This document shows, piece after piece, positions 1 through 13,900 of a DNA stretch of 64,000 bases. The notes beneath the pieces are model-generated. The model ran no database searches. It was not told the DNA's origin and saw nothing but the letters and a program-made list of their open reading frames with translations. The translations under genes and the position numbers were made by a program. Positions within the stretch are counted from its first letter, which is position 1. Every line of letters starts with the position of its first letter. The DNA lies in contig NMRA01000004.1 in assembly GCA_002633005.1 (NCBI GenBank), positions 2,273,935 through 2,337,934 on the forward strand. The letters are read 5' to 3'. Source of the stretch: Phoronis australis. Taxonomy: Eukaryota; Animalia; Phoronida.

Positions 1-779
1 TATTTTAAAATATTTCGTTCAAGGAAAGGATTGGTCTGCAGGGGTGTTAAAATTTGGTTTAATTTTGGTATTTTTTTCTCAGATCCTTGACATTTTGTAG
101 AGGTACTTCTGACAAAATGGCGTGGAACAACAGGTTTGTGAACCTTATTAATATTTCGGCGTGTACTGACGAATTATTTAATCCTCCAACCTTGTCTACA
201 TCTTCATTTGCAGCAGGTACACTGTACTGTATTTTTGTTAATTAGGGCACTGTGACTACCTCAGATAACACATTGATTCCCAAAATTTAGGCAAATTCGT
301 CTTTCGATGGATGACCATTCATGTACCTTTTCCGGCGAACCTGTAACTACAATGTAAATATCCGGAGACACTGAAGTTACGTGTACAGTAACTTCTTATT
401 AGGTTCTCTGCAGAAAACACTTAATGGAACAGTAGCAATGTTGTTTAAAAGGTTGACTGTGACGACTGTAAGGAATTCTATATCGGACTCACTCACAGTG
501 ATTGAACATGAATTTTTTTATTTGTGGGGCGATCGTCCGTTTTTTCACTTTGATCAGTACCCTAAACATGCGCTTTGGTTTACGAAAAAATATCTCATCC
601 AATACACATCTCGTCAAGACAATGCAATACATGACGACGCTATAAACCCTTGATTTGATGGGGAGTTTGTTGGATACCCGGAGGTGAATAGCGCACGCTT
701 ACTCGTCAACCGTTCAAAACATGTTTGTGTAAGTGTTGCCTAATAAAACGTACATTGTATCCCAGTCGCCAGGATCTAT

Positions 780-850
780 TTTTATTCGAGATCGAACACT
801 AAATTATATCCAACATTCTTCGTTAGGTTCAAATTTCATACGAACTCAAG
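780..850 (+). other. Possible 5' UTR exon of gene 1 (left edge approximate)
   Basis: Strong donor AAG|GTAAGT at 851; a matching acceptor TTTACAG ends at 1890, just before the ATG micro-exon. Confidence 0.35.
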
Positions 851-1159
851 GTAAGTGCCTCTGATGCTGCGCTCGAGTATGTCAGGCTTTAGGTGACAAA
901 AATAATTTTGTTGTACAATTGCGGAATTTCAGAACATTTTTTGTAAACATTGGGGGTATTGTTCGATTGTCTGGAAAAGCTGTACCCTCTGCTCCCTGCA
1001 TACCTTAATAATAAAGAAAATATGAGGATATGTCTGGGTATCTCCACAGGAACACAGAGGCGTAATATTATTAAAATTATGTAGAAAATATATCTGAAAC
1101 TAAATAAGGCGATCCAGATCCTCCCAAGGATACTATTGTTTCATGAAATGAAGAATACA

Positions 1160-1203
1160 AATCGGTAAATAAAACAACATTCTTGTTGTTTTATTTACCG
1201 ATT
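1160..1203. repeat. Perfect 20-bp inverted repeat with 4-nt loop
   Basis: AATCGGTAAATAAAACAACA-ttct-TGTTGTTTTATTTACCGATT. Confidence 0.9.
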
Positions 1204-1895
1204 AAAATTATGTCTAATTTTTTGTTGTTTAGGAATAGACGGCATCTTGATCTGTATAGGGTTATTTTATGGTTGCGAATAAGTTGAATGATGTCAATGA
1301 GACTGACAAGTCTTGAGTAGTGGTATGCATTTTAAGCCACATATACTCGAGTACAGAATAATAAATAATTGTGACGAGATCGCATGAAAGCAAAACAGAA
1401 AGTGACACAGATACATGTATATATCCAGGTTCGATTTCGAGAATCCGGACACAGCTCTGCTGTTTGATTTGATGGTGTTCCCTTAATGTGTTTGAGCAGG
1501 GAAGCATGACACCAGCAACGCATACATGTGCATCCGCCTAACACATCCTGTGTATTTAAAAGGCATTTATGACAATTAAATGAACAAACAGTGTAATTGC
1601 TTCTTCCGATGAACAAGAAAACCCATATACACATGTAGATGTATACTGTACATTATTTGACATCGCCTTGCATGAGTGCATGTTTGACGCCCCTGTTTGT
1701 TAATTCAACTTGTAATTGTTCGGGCAAATAAATACACGCCTCTTACTATACATAATTGATTTCGGATTCATAAAACAACGGTGTTATCGAAATTGCCCAC
1801 TTAAACAAACAATGCTAACGACGTATTGATTACCGAATTAACTACTTTGTATAGACAAACACTTAGAATGTCATGGGTTCAAGTTTACAGGTACA

Positions 1896-1907
1896 ATGAA
1901 TTTGAAG
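1896..1907 (+). CDS. Gene 1 start micro-exon (MNLK)
   Basis: tttacag|GTACA ATG AAT TTG AAG|gtaaga; phase 0 fits the next exon. Confidence 0.6.
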
Positions 1908-4900
1908 GTAAGAGATAATTTATTAAGAGTGATGATGCATTTTTCCTTGTATAAGGGGCAAAATTGAAGTTAAATTAGGCAACTTAAAATCGTAAAATCG
2001 GTCCGTTGCCGTCACAGAATTGTTTTCCTGGTAGCATCTAGAGCGACAGGTGACGCGTGCATGCGCCATTTTTAAAACAGCAAATTAAGGGTTAGACAAC
2101 CCAGTAAACTCTCTTCGAGACACTGACATGTTCGATGTTCTTGTTAGTAACGGATATTTGATTACATGTATATCACGGCAATGAATATGATGAGATAAAT
2201 GAGAATAAAAGACTCTATGAATTTCGTGTTTTGACAGCTAAACAAGGGGAAATGCAAATTTAATTTAATAGTTTACAGCAAGCAACATTTGTCTACTATA
2301 ACAATTCAGTCACTTTATGGTTCACGTTGCCGTGGATACGGCGTTGCCGTGGATACGGCACGCATTCTCGTCCACTTGCGTGCAGATAGTGTTAGAGTAC
2401 TAGTTGCCTTATGGAACGCACCATCATAAGTTATCTGACCTCTGGTATTGTTGGAAAGAGTGAAGAGCTAAAGTAAACTTCATTACTGCACATATCTTCA
2501 AAGCAATCACAGAGCAGAACCAAAGGAGTTTTCTTGGCTTCGTCATGAAATATTTTCAGTCTTAAAACAGGTTTCATTGAATTCAGTAGTTTTTTAATTC
2601 CGAATCCATCTAAAACGTCAGCGCCTATGTTTTTCAAATCTGCTCATGAAATGTTGGTTTGAACTAATTTACTGTACGGAGGCTCTTCAATTGTTGTGTT
2701 TCTGCGCTAAGATCGGGGTCATGAGTAAACAAGAATCTGAGATTTTACCTGAAAATAAGAAGTTAGAATCTGTCGTATTTGAAACAATGGCTACACCATT
2801 GTGAACATTCTCTTTCTTTCAGAAACCAGTACAGTGCGTGGCAGTTTTACTAATTTTATTTGGCACCACCGTTCAGTATTGTGGTAAGTCATGTTTTTAA
2901 AGTGGAACTTTCTCGTTCATTCTTTATCTCAGTGATTTCTTGGTTAAATTAGAAACAGTTAGTTAGAAACAGACCAACTATCAAGTATGTGAATGTGAGA
3001 TAGATCGAAAATTGCCATATGTTTCTAAAAACGAATTTTGTGTTGAAAATGATCCTCCGTAACTCACTCAACCGTGTCTAGTACTTATCGTGGTGTGGTG
3101 TTGGGGAATGACACTGCATGGTGCGGGTTATGTGAGCCCCAATGCAGGTCATTAGTTCAGAGTTCACCTACTTGCATTTTTTCAAATTTACAGATTGTGC
3201 ATGAATATAACACCGATTTGTTTAACGTAGATGATGTTCAAATAACATTGCTGTTTAGTTTTCTATACATTACCATAGTTAGGAGCATTCGAATACATCT
3301 ACATGTACATGTATAAGACCAACACAGCTACATGTATTGGCTACTTTTCAATTGCTGTCAGTCACCTGCTCATTTCCTGTATGGCTTATGACCGAGACCT
3401 ATAAGCGTGTTGTTTACATAAGGACCGGTCAATTTGTTTGAATGATGTAGATTCAATGACAGTGTGTTTAAGGGCAGCCATACATGTATGCTAATACTAA
3501 GCTTGGCTGCTTAGTCTATTCTGTATTCACTTTAACCTACCGGTTAAAACAAATTAAAAAAAAATCATGAACTAGATACACTACATCTTTTCAGAGATTC
3601 CACCTGCTGCTCTATGGCCTTTAAACTCCTTCTATGAAGGTACTGACGTCAGCAGCCATGCCAATCACGCCTCTCTGGGAAGTGATGTTGGTTTTGCAAA
3701 AGGCATTGATGGCCTCGATAGAACAGCGGTAAGACTTCCTGGAACAAGCAGAAGCCGCATTACTATTCCAAGAAACGTCATACTGGATATAAAACACAGT
3801 CTTTCTTTTGCTACTTATATTTACTTACTGTCAAACGCTAACGGGGCCTCCATTCTACGTTACACAACAAACGGAAATGTCTTCCCAGGAATCGCCATTA
3901 AATGTTCCCAGTTTGCCATAGAAGCTCATTTTAGTGAAAGGAGCCCTGGTGGGCTTACTTCCGAACCTCGTGTTATTAAATCTGGTGCTTTTCTACAAAT
4001 GAAAAAATGGCAATTCATCGCTGTCACATATGATTACTTAACGGGGAATGCTACTATAATTGTTGACGATTTGCTAACAAGAGCAAATGTTGGCAAGTCA
4101 AAGATGGTGCTCGAAACAAGAGGAGATGTGGAAATTGGTACAGGCCTCGCAGAAGACCAATTTCTTAATGCAAGATTGTCGTGCTTACAGTTATACGGTT
4201 CTGCTTTAACATACCAACATGTTCAAATTATTCGCAACAGATGTCTAACGTTCTTAGGCCACCTTCCAATTGGCTTTTGGCCAATGAACATTCACTATTT
4301 ACTAAATGACATCAGTGGTTTTTGTAACCATGGTGTCTCGGGTAGCTCGGCAACGTTAAGTACGAATAGTTACCGTTTAACGTCTAACCACTCGAGCTGG
4401 ATAACCTTTTCCAACCGTGGCTCACTAACCGTATTCAAAGAAATTACCATTGGTTTTTGGTTGTTTGTTAACCGCAGCTCTGAAGACAAACCAGTTTTAC
4501 ATTTGGACCATTCTTTTATCAATGACGTCTCAATGGCCAAATCTGAAGCAGGACTGTACATTGGAAGTCACGTCAATCAGTTGATCTCTGTCATGATATC
4601 TGACAGGAATTTAACACGTGTGGCATTTACTGGAGAAGGAAACATGCCTACGTCAGAGTGGCACTTCGTCTCCGCTCGTTACCGTGCTGGGGACGGTTCA
4701 ATGAAGGTCCAGATACATGGTCCTCGAATATTTGGAAGTGAGAGTAAGGTAGTTGCGTTTGAAGACATGTCATTGTCTAGAAACGTGCTTGCTGTCAAAT
4801 TAGGTTCCGGGATTGTGTACGATACCGGCGGTGGGTCATCAACGTTCAAGCGAGACAGACGTTTCGAGGGGAAAATCTCTTGCCTTGTAATGTTTCCGAA

Positions 4901-7900
4901 GTTCATTACAGACGAAGAAATCGAGGAATACAGAGATCGTTGCAACGGTAGGTGTTATTATATTCAATCAAATGTTTTGCCTAAAAAGCATAAAATGTAC
5001 TTTCGTCTCCAAAGTTTGATAGCCAACTTCCCATTAAGACCTCACTTTAGGGCGTTTGGAATAACAACTGATAGGCGATAGGCTGGTTTTGGTAGGTGGC
5101 AGACTTCTTGCCAATTCTCAAATTCGGTCCCTGACCTATTTATCAAAAGAACTTTCCGCGTACAGAATCAAATTCAGATACCACAAAAATCAATGCACTT
5201 ATTCCTGTATCGAAGTCAAGTGGCTGTCATATAGTGACTCCAGTACGTGTTTTGTTGTTTTAGTACCTGCGTGGGAACCTAAAAATACATACAGAGATTG
5301 CCAAGACATCAAAAGAAACTTGCCGGACGCTCCATCTGGAAAATATTTAATCTTAATACGCATGGGACTTAGGCAGGTTTTCTGCGACATGGCCGCCGGC
5401 AGATGGACAGTAAGTGATCGTGCCTCAGAAACTACTACCCGGGTTTATATTTGAGTAATTCATTTTGCTTTTGCCTTCAATCAAAATCTGTAAACATAAG
5501 AATATGCAAAGTCAATTTATCTAAAATGCATCGTTTGAAATCGCCAGGTTCAACCGGTACGTACAACAGGTAGCTCAACTGTGTGGAGATGACTACCTTA
5601 TCAGAAAAGTCGTTGATTATTCCTCAAACCAATCAACGCACTATATTTTTATTACTGGGTCTGGGATTATTCCGAAATACATGTAGTTGCATTACGATGT
5701 TGGAGGAGGGCTCTACAACATTCCGTGGGATACGTTGATAAATGTGCACCTTATCACTGAATACACGACTGCTCCATTCCAATCCACGTAGGACGTAAAC
5801 TGAGTTGTGGAGACTGGCGACATTTACACCTGTTTAAACGTACCTGCTGCTTTAGTTTGCTTGAAAATTTCATAATACTGATGAAAGTGTCATGTATGGA
5901 GAAAATTTTCTTGCAGAAACTGTTGAAACGGACTGACATTAAACGAATTTTCTTATTTTAACGAAAAAGAAAAATACATGTACATGTACATTGTCACGGG
6001 ATTTGAGAAAGAGCCTTAAGGTCGCTAAATTCGATTTGCTTTTACATTCCTAGCTTCTCATGCGTCGCGTCGACGGCAGCGTGTCTTTCAATCGCACAAA
6101 AAATGACTACCAACACGGATTTGGAGAAATATCCACGAATTACTGGATGGGCCTTGACTTTGTTAGCGAACTCGTGAAGTCGGATTTTTACACGTTTCGG
6201 GTGCAGATACATTTATGGAACGGCACGGAATTGTGGGCGGAGTACGGTTCATTAGCAGTTGGCAACAGCACCGAATTCTACGAGTTACGTGTTGAAAATT
6301 ATGACAAATCATCGAGTTTGGGTGAGTAACTATAAAGTTCGTGCGAAATAAAATAAAATTGAGTAGCGTCATTTTCAGCCAAAAATTCGTGTTTTTTAGA
6401 AAGTTAGAAAGTTGTTGACTCTTCATTAATTAATCAGTTACTGAATATTTGTATACGGTAATTTTTAAAGGGGCCTGAAACGCGATTAACTTAATTGCAA
6501 TATTGCAAGTGGTTCTCTGCCACTAAAACGGATTTCAACCTGTTCACCAGTTATTTTTAGGGTTTATTCTTAACGATTTTTAATTTCTGTTCATGTCAAA
6601 GCATTAATTTTCTTTTAGTTTAAAATTTCAATAAAACAATCTGTCAACAGTTCACCTCTTCGTCGATTTTTCACTCACAATGCAAAGCACGTTTCCTTAT
6701 TTGGTATGACAAGACATAGCCGTAGCACATTTCCTTTATACGGAAAATTAGACTTGTGACCGCAGGGACTTCAAGCAACTGACTGTGAGCGCATGCACGC
6801 ATTTATCATAAGTGGCAAATTCATTACCAAATAAGCAATTTGGCAACTCTCCTCAATAACGTTGCATTGATTTCTATGTAAAGTTCGACAAAAATGCCAG
6901 TTTAATGTTGCAAAAAGCTTGATTAAACAGATCAGTAATTCTGTCAAGAAGTTCCGAATAGACAAAATTTGGCAAGATCTGAGCTAGTTCCGTCGAAGTC
7001 GGTCGGTTTATTTCGAAAACTATGGTATGTGACACAGTATCAAATAAGTGACCGTTCATCAAGAACATGTACATGTATAACCAAAAATACGGACCGTTTT
7101 ACACCTGTATTCTAGATAATGAATTGGAGAATCCTACTGGTATCAGGTTTTCAACACTTGACTGGGACAACGATGGCACCAACGTCAACTGTGCCCTCGT
7201 GCATGGTGGTGGCTGGTGGTATCGCTGGACATCATCCGAAAACCCATGTGGCCACTTGAACATCAAAGAAGACTATTCCTTTGGAAAACAGCAGCCTCAC
7301 TCACTATTGTGGAAGTCAAGCGACGGTCAATTGTACAGGGTGAAAAATATCCAGCTTATGGTTAGACGTAAGTGTTTAGTGACACAAGAATTTTGGGAGA
7401 AACACTAACGTATGGAATAATATGGAGGCAAAGTTATTGTTCAGAGCATACATGTACATGTAGGTATTATGGTGATCATTCACCATAATACCTACATGTA
7501 CATGTACATGTAGGTATTATGGTGATCATTCACCATAATACCTACATGTACATGTACATGTAGGTATTATGGTGATCATTCACCAATTATGGCTCTGGTT
7601 AGTGCTCTTAAAAATATACGGCGTGACGAAGTGTGCGAGGAAAAGACATGGTATACGTAGAGTCACAGACTTCCTAATGGTGCATAATTTGACCAGTTTT
7701 CTTGCTAGAGCCTCAAATAAATTTACTTTAAACTCAAAAAACACAATGTATATCATGTCTGCTATGTCTCTGCGAGCAAATCTACAAGTATATGCAGAAC
7801 CCGACTTTATTGTAACTTTCAGGAGTTGAATGTCCGGAGCCACTGAATATACCTGGTGTGATAGTCCATGCGCCAAAAGTGGACGGGTTTGTGGTTGGGG

Positions 7901-10900
7901 AAGAGGTATTGGCCAAGTGTGAGACCGGATACGAAAACGTTAATGGTGGCAACAATACGATCATAAAATGTGGCGCTGACAAACTGTGGTCACATACGTG
8001 CTCACGTGAGTGTTAATCGAATTCTTCCGATGTCTAATAAAACAAGACGCTGTGTAAGAACGATATTGAACGAAGATCATATGTTAAGGTTACACAAAGA
8101 CTGTTCATGTTGGACACTAGAGAAATGTCCAAATTTGACCAAATTCAGAACATATCAAAGACGGGCGATAGTATTCACCTTAAATCTTCAGATATTATGC
8201 TTTGCGCACAGATCTCTTTAACTAATTTACGAAGTTTCTTAAAGTGTCCCACGTTTGCATGACAGCCTATCAAAACTGGACTTTCATGATTTTCATAAAA
8301 TCCACATAAAACGGAGATAATGTACTTTTTCGCCTTAAATTCTGTGATTTTGTGGATATCGGGATAAACACATGGACTCGTAGATAACCTTGAATGTAAC
8401 CTTAATGCTATCGATGTCTGATGTACATGTATAAGTAGGCTACTTAGGGCCCAATGTACACAGATCATGTCAATGAAACGACTAGGCACGTAATTGTACA
8501 TAAATTTCAGGTGTTTTCTGCGGTCGTCCTGCTGAAGGTAAACACGCCACATTGGAAGGGAACTCTCACTTTTATGAAGATGAAGTGTTGTACTCATGCG
8601 ATTACGGATACGTTTTAGCTGATGGGGATTTGAGAATGGTTTGCCGCCATGACGGCACGTGGTCAGGAATCCCGCCTTTGTGCAACCGTGAGTACAGTCA
8701 GTCTGACATTATGCAAAACTAAGGTAACTTTTACGGAATTTATATTTTCAACATTGAAATGTTTTGTAAAATTTTAATGCAAACTTGACATGCTTCTGTA
8801 CAATACATCTTATCTTTGAATTTTTTGTAGCTGTCGAATGTGGAGATCCAGGTAAACTGGAACATGTTTATATATACGGTACAACGTTCACATTCAATAA
8901 GACTTTGTCTTACCAGTGTCACACTGGTCACTTCCTTTTATCCGGGACACTGGTCAGGACCTGCCTAGCTTCCGGATTATGGACTGGAGCACCACCCGTT
9001 TGTGCTGGTAAGAAAAACCAATCATCAGATGCGATCTGCCGTAACTGAATACACGCATAATGTAATCAATCCATTACACACATTGTCTAGTTAACTTGTT
9101 GAAAATGGAAGTAAAACACATGCGCGTTCTCAGGGCAACACAACAAGAACGTTTCCTCCCGATACCATGCCTGTCTGTCATACTTTGAATCTGTGTTTTT
9201 CTCATGCTTGTAAATTATCATTCTCTTTTAATAGGTAATCAGATTGAAAGTACATTGTTGCATTCTTGGATTCATTTATTACTGATATATTTAGCTGTTG
9301 GCTGTGGAGATCCCGGTCTGATTGAATACTCTACCAGAACCGCTACAGGTTTCAAGTACCTCGATATTGTTACTTACAAGTGTATCCATGGTTACGTTCG
9401 CACCAATGGAAACGAAGAAAGGTTATGCGAGGCAAACGGGCTTTGGACGAACATACCTATCGAATGCAAGCGTGCGTATAGCATTTTTACACATCATTCA
9501 TGGACTGTTTCGTCATCAAATATTTTCACAATGTAACACTAAATATTTCTGCCGCATCACAGGCAGATTTGGTGGCCAGGGAACGACCCTCTGAACACTA
9601 CCTAAAGAACCCCGCCTGTTAAAATTGTTTGGCGTGGTAGGGATCCTTTTGTAGAATCTAGACCTGCCGGTGAACGTAGTCGAATCAAGTTTGCCCTTAC
9701 TGAAATGGAAATGAATGAGAGTCAAGAGTAAGTTGAGATCGGTTTCATAATGACAAATTGTCTAAATCAATTTTTTTACGTACACGGGCTTGAATCAGCG
9801 TGAAACAGTGCAATATTTTCTGCTGACGCATAAACAATTTCTTTTCAACTCCGCCAGCAACAGTTTGATTATGGCTACTTCCAACATTGCAGGAGTCAAT
9901 TGTTCTTTTCCTTCGGTGAGTTCTGGCACCTTCACCAACTTTACTGGGACGCTATTTGGAGATGTCGTACAGCATCAATGTCTGGAAGGTTATGAACACT
10001 ATAGCGGGCGCTTCACCAGGAGTTGCTTGGCAGACAAGACGTGGGATGGCGACCCGCTGGAATGTCGAAGTATGACACCTTGCTCCAAATGGTTCTTGAA
10101 CATCTCATTATGTAATCTCGAGTAGACACTGTAAGGCTAAAACTGCAACTTCAAACTACATTTATCTGATTGTAGATGCGTCACATATGTCAAACATTTT
10201 CGTGTCAATTGGACATGCACACAGGATACGACTATTTGTCGTGACCGAGGCGCCTCCCAGTGGCTCCCTATACCCTGATCAAGCAAGCGATGAAACTAAC
10301 ATGCCGCTCAGCGCATGCTTGCCCGACCAGTCCGTTGCTTGACTGGGAGCCTTGCTCGATCTTCATTCCCTTCACGTCTGTTGTTTTGACCCCGGTGGCG
10401 ACAAATGGTAGGCATGAAGCGCACTCACTGCGACCGAGCACAATCAAACATGTTTGATATTCATCGACCACTTGCAATTTCGTCCTCAAACTGTCGTTAA
10501 CCAGCACACGCGCTACAGTGAGATACATGTGTCTTATCTTGTGTGCTGGTCTTAAGGCGACACGAACTTTTTCGATCTGAGTTCTGCAGTGTCTACTGCA
10601 TCCGGGTATCTGGCATGTAGCAGGTAATGGGCACAATTTGTTGGCTTACAGCTCAACAGTTGCGGTCCTAGGATATCACCATGTGAGGGTCAAGTTCCAA
10701 TTCTTATAAATTTACTCCATCACAATAGCATTTTAAAGAGCATGCCCGCAAGGCTTGTTATATCAATGCAAGAATGCGAGTGAGGTAGAGATCTTTATCA
10801 ACCTACACAATATGTGCGCACATCTCTTTTTGGATTTATAGGAGTGTCTTGCGGATTCCCTGAAGTCAGACAACATTCACAAATGGATGGAAATACGTTC

Positions 10901-13900
10901 TTATACGGTGACCGCATAACTTACACATGTAATGCTGGATATACTGTCGGGAGTGGAGACACATTTCGCCTATGTCAGTCGTCTGGGAACTGGACTGGGA
11001 TGCCGTTGGTGTGCATACGTAAGATCCGACGTTTCGTTCTTTATCAGGACTGATAACTTTTTTTGCCTTGCTGTGATGCATGAATTGAATAGTGTTGGGT
11101 TTCTTTTAGTATCGCAAAACATTGACGAGGCACAGGTGAAGAGAAATCTAATGGCCTATATAACGATAGTGAGAATTCTGTGTATTTACGCTGTCATCTC
11201 ATTTTTGTATAGAGTACAGCACCATTCAATCACATTTACTAGCGACTATTTTGTTATTTTCCACTATTAAGGTCGCGTTTCACTCGGGAACCAAAAGCTA
11301 GAACATTATAACACACTTCCGGGCGCGCCCTCTTGCGTGGTATCGACTTACTCTCAACACAGGCCTTCTGCAATTAACACAATGCGCCCCGGGGAGCATA
11401 TATTTACAGAGAAAATGTGTCATATTTTGTTCGCTCTACTTCTATTCCCCACGAAAATACAGCGCTATCAGTGAGAACAAGAAGCTCAATACATGCACTT
11501 TTCCAGTAACCAGAATTTCAATTCTTGATGCGCATGCGTTTTTGTTTCTTCTATAGGACACAGCTGTGGGGAACCTGGACCCGCGGCATATGCGACGCAA
11601 ACCGGCAATGGTTATCTCTACGGCGACCATATTTTATACAGTTGTTTCCAGGGATACCAATTGGCTTCAGGAACAACCAATCGAACTTGCAACGAGTCTA
11701 AGAAATGGAGTGGTCAACGACCTATCTGTACTAGTAGGTACACGTAGTGGCTAGCACTCCAATGCCAGGTCCACTAATGTGACGCATTTATTTGGCTGAT
11801 AAAATATTATTCAGTGATCGTAATACCAAAGCGATCCAATCAAGGCAAGCTGTTTGCTGTGCCAACTTGCTGCTTTTGCATAACAGTATTTATCAAAATA
11901 AACTTGACAACATCGAAATTTGGTGAATTTTCGGCGAATAAAATATATTCTTTTCGACTAGAATCCGCTTCAATTCTTGCTAAATATCGACAAAGTCTCG
12001 ATAGGTGTTGTTCCATCTACGTTATCGGAATTGCGACAAGTTAATGCGTACATGTACGTAAGATACATGAACAGACAACTGCTGGCTAGGCACAAAGTCG
12101 CATTAAACTCCGAAAAAAATTAGACCACACGTTATTTTGTTTCGACAAAAGTTCGAGTGAACCAAACTTGGTAGTGTTAGCGGAGCTTTGTCGAACTATC
12201 TGTACATGTAGGCCCTACCTTAGTTTGATGTTAATGCGCATTCGGGTGCCCCATTACGGTCGTCAACCCTGCATGAGCTTCCTTGAACCTGTCTGCAGTT
12301 TTAAGTAATACGTGATTATTCTTTAACTCAGCAACCGCGCATAATGACCTCTGGCTGTGTTTTAATATATCGCGTTGTATCATTTTAGAAAAAAATTGTG
12401 GGCGTCCGAGCAAAAGTGAGAACACAATAATGGTTGGGGACTCATTCCTTTTCCAAGATCACGTGAAGTACTTCTGTGCTGACGGATACGAAATTGTCAG
12501 TGGTGACGTCAAGCGGGATTGTGGTTCGTCGGGGCAATGGTCTGGAGAGCCTCTTGTTTGTCAAAGTAAGATATTGAACGTGCTCAGTACGATGAACTGT
12601 GTGTGTAGTATTTGCCATCGATTATTATACCAGTGTAAGCAGCAGAGTGTCATTAACCTTGTAATCAATAAACAGATTAATGCACCATATTCTTCGCCCC
12701 AGGGCATTCATGCGGTGAGTTGGAGTCTTATATTGGAACCACGGTGAATTCATCCGGGTTGTTGTACTCGGACACTGCACGGTACTGGTGTATGACGGGA
12801 TATGAACGAACAAGTGGCGACTTCAACCGGACGTGCACAGCAAACAAGACATGGAGTGGACAGGCCCTTTCATGCCAACGTAAGCCTGCGTAGAGTTCAG
12901 TAACACTAGGACCTACGGTAGGACCTCTCTAAAAATCAAAACTTCAAGAGATTACGTGTGTAGTTCAAACGAGAACATGTGAGTTTGGGTAGATTTTCTT
13001 GTTAGTGAACTTTACCCCGGACTGTTTCAGGAATATCTTGCAGAGATTGACTACTACACGATGTCTATGAATTGCATGGAGAGGATTTCAACATTTGGTT
13101 TAACCGGACTATCTACGAAATTAACGCATACAAACACACGCGCACACGCACACGCATGCCCTCACGCTCCTGCACACAATAAGGTCACTTAAGGCTGAGT
13201 TTAGTGTCTTATAATGACGTCACAGGACCACACAATTTATGTCACCCTTTACCTGTCAGTCACTGCCTTAGCAATTCAAACTTAAAGATATCCTTGTCGT
13301 CGACATACTCCACTTAGTCGTAAGTCAATTTATAGTCGACCGCCGTTTACACTTACTGCCAATCAGAGTATGCGGAATTGTGTTTAGAATCGACTTTGCG
13401 AAATAAAATGTAGTATAACAGTGTTTGCTCCGATTTTCGATCAACTGGTAAGAAGTTGTACACGACATCTGTACCACTACCTGCGCACTCAGGCTACATT
13501 GCCGTATAAGAAGCCAACGAAAAGTTGCACGCGACACTATAATTGGAGTGTGTAGACAGGTCTTAACGATTTCCATCTTTTTACAAACACCATCCCAGAT
13601 TATATTTAACCTTGAGAGTAGACTACGCCACAAGAAACTTAACTGAACTCACCGAGAACAGTCTTCTTGTAATTTAAATATAGCAATCGGTGAAATGTTC
13701 TAGGAATCCCTTGTTTAAGAATGCCAATTTCTTCAAGGTGTTACCTGCGGTCAACCGCCAAGTCTTCCACACACGACACGAGTCGGTGAGTCGTTTTTGT
13801 ACGAAGACGTCTTACGTTACTTCTGCCTTCCTGGGTTCGACGTTGTTTCTGGTGATGTCATAAGGTCATGCTTGGACAACAAAACTTGGAGTGGACAGAA

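Noticed and set aside
3999-5081. 360-aa ORF as a stand-alone gene
   Set aside because: It is part of exon 3595-4947; the frame is open upstream of the Met and the tail after 4947 is intron read-through
7451-7585. Palindromic repeats resembling a CRISPR array
   Set aside because: The units are contiguous and identical with no unique spacers; the context is a eukaryotic intron with no cas genes
10200-10690. Relatively GC-rich intronic stretch with 65-122 aa ORFs, considered as an extra exon
   Set aside because: No CCP Cys/Trp pattern, no phase-1 splice pair and no recognisable domain; probably an old repeat
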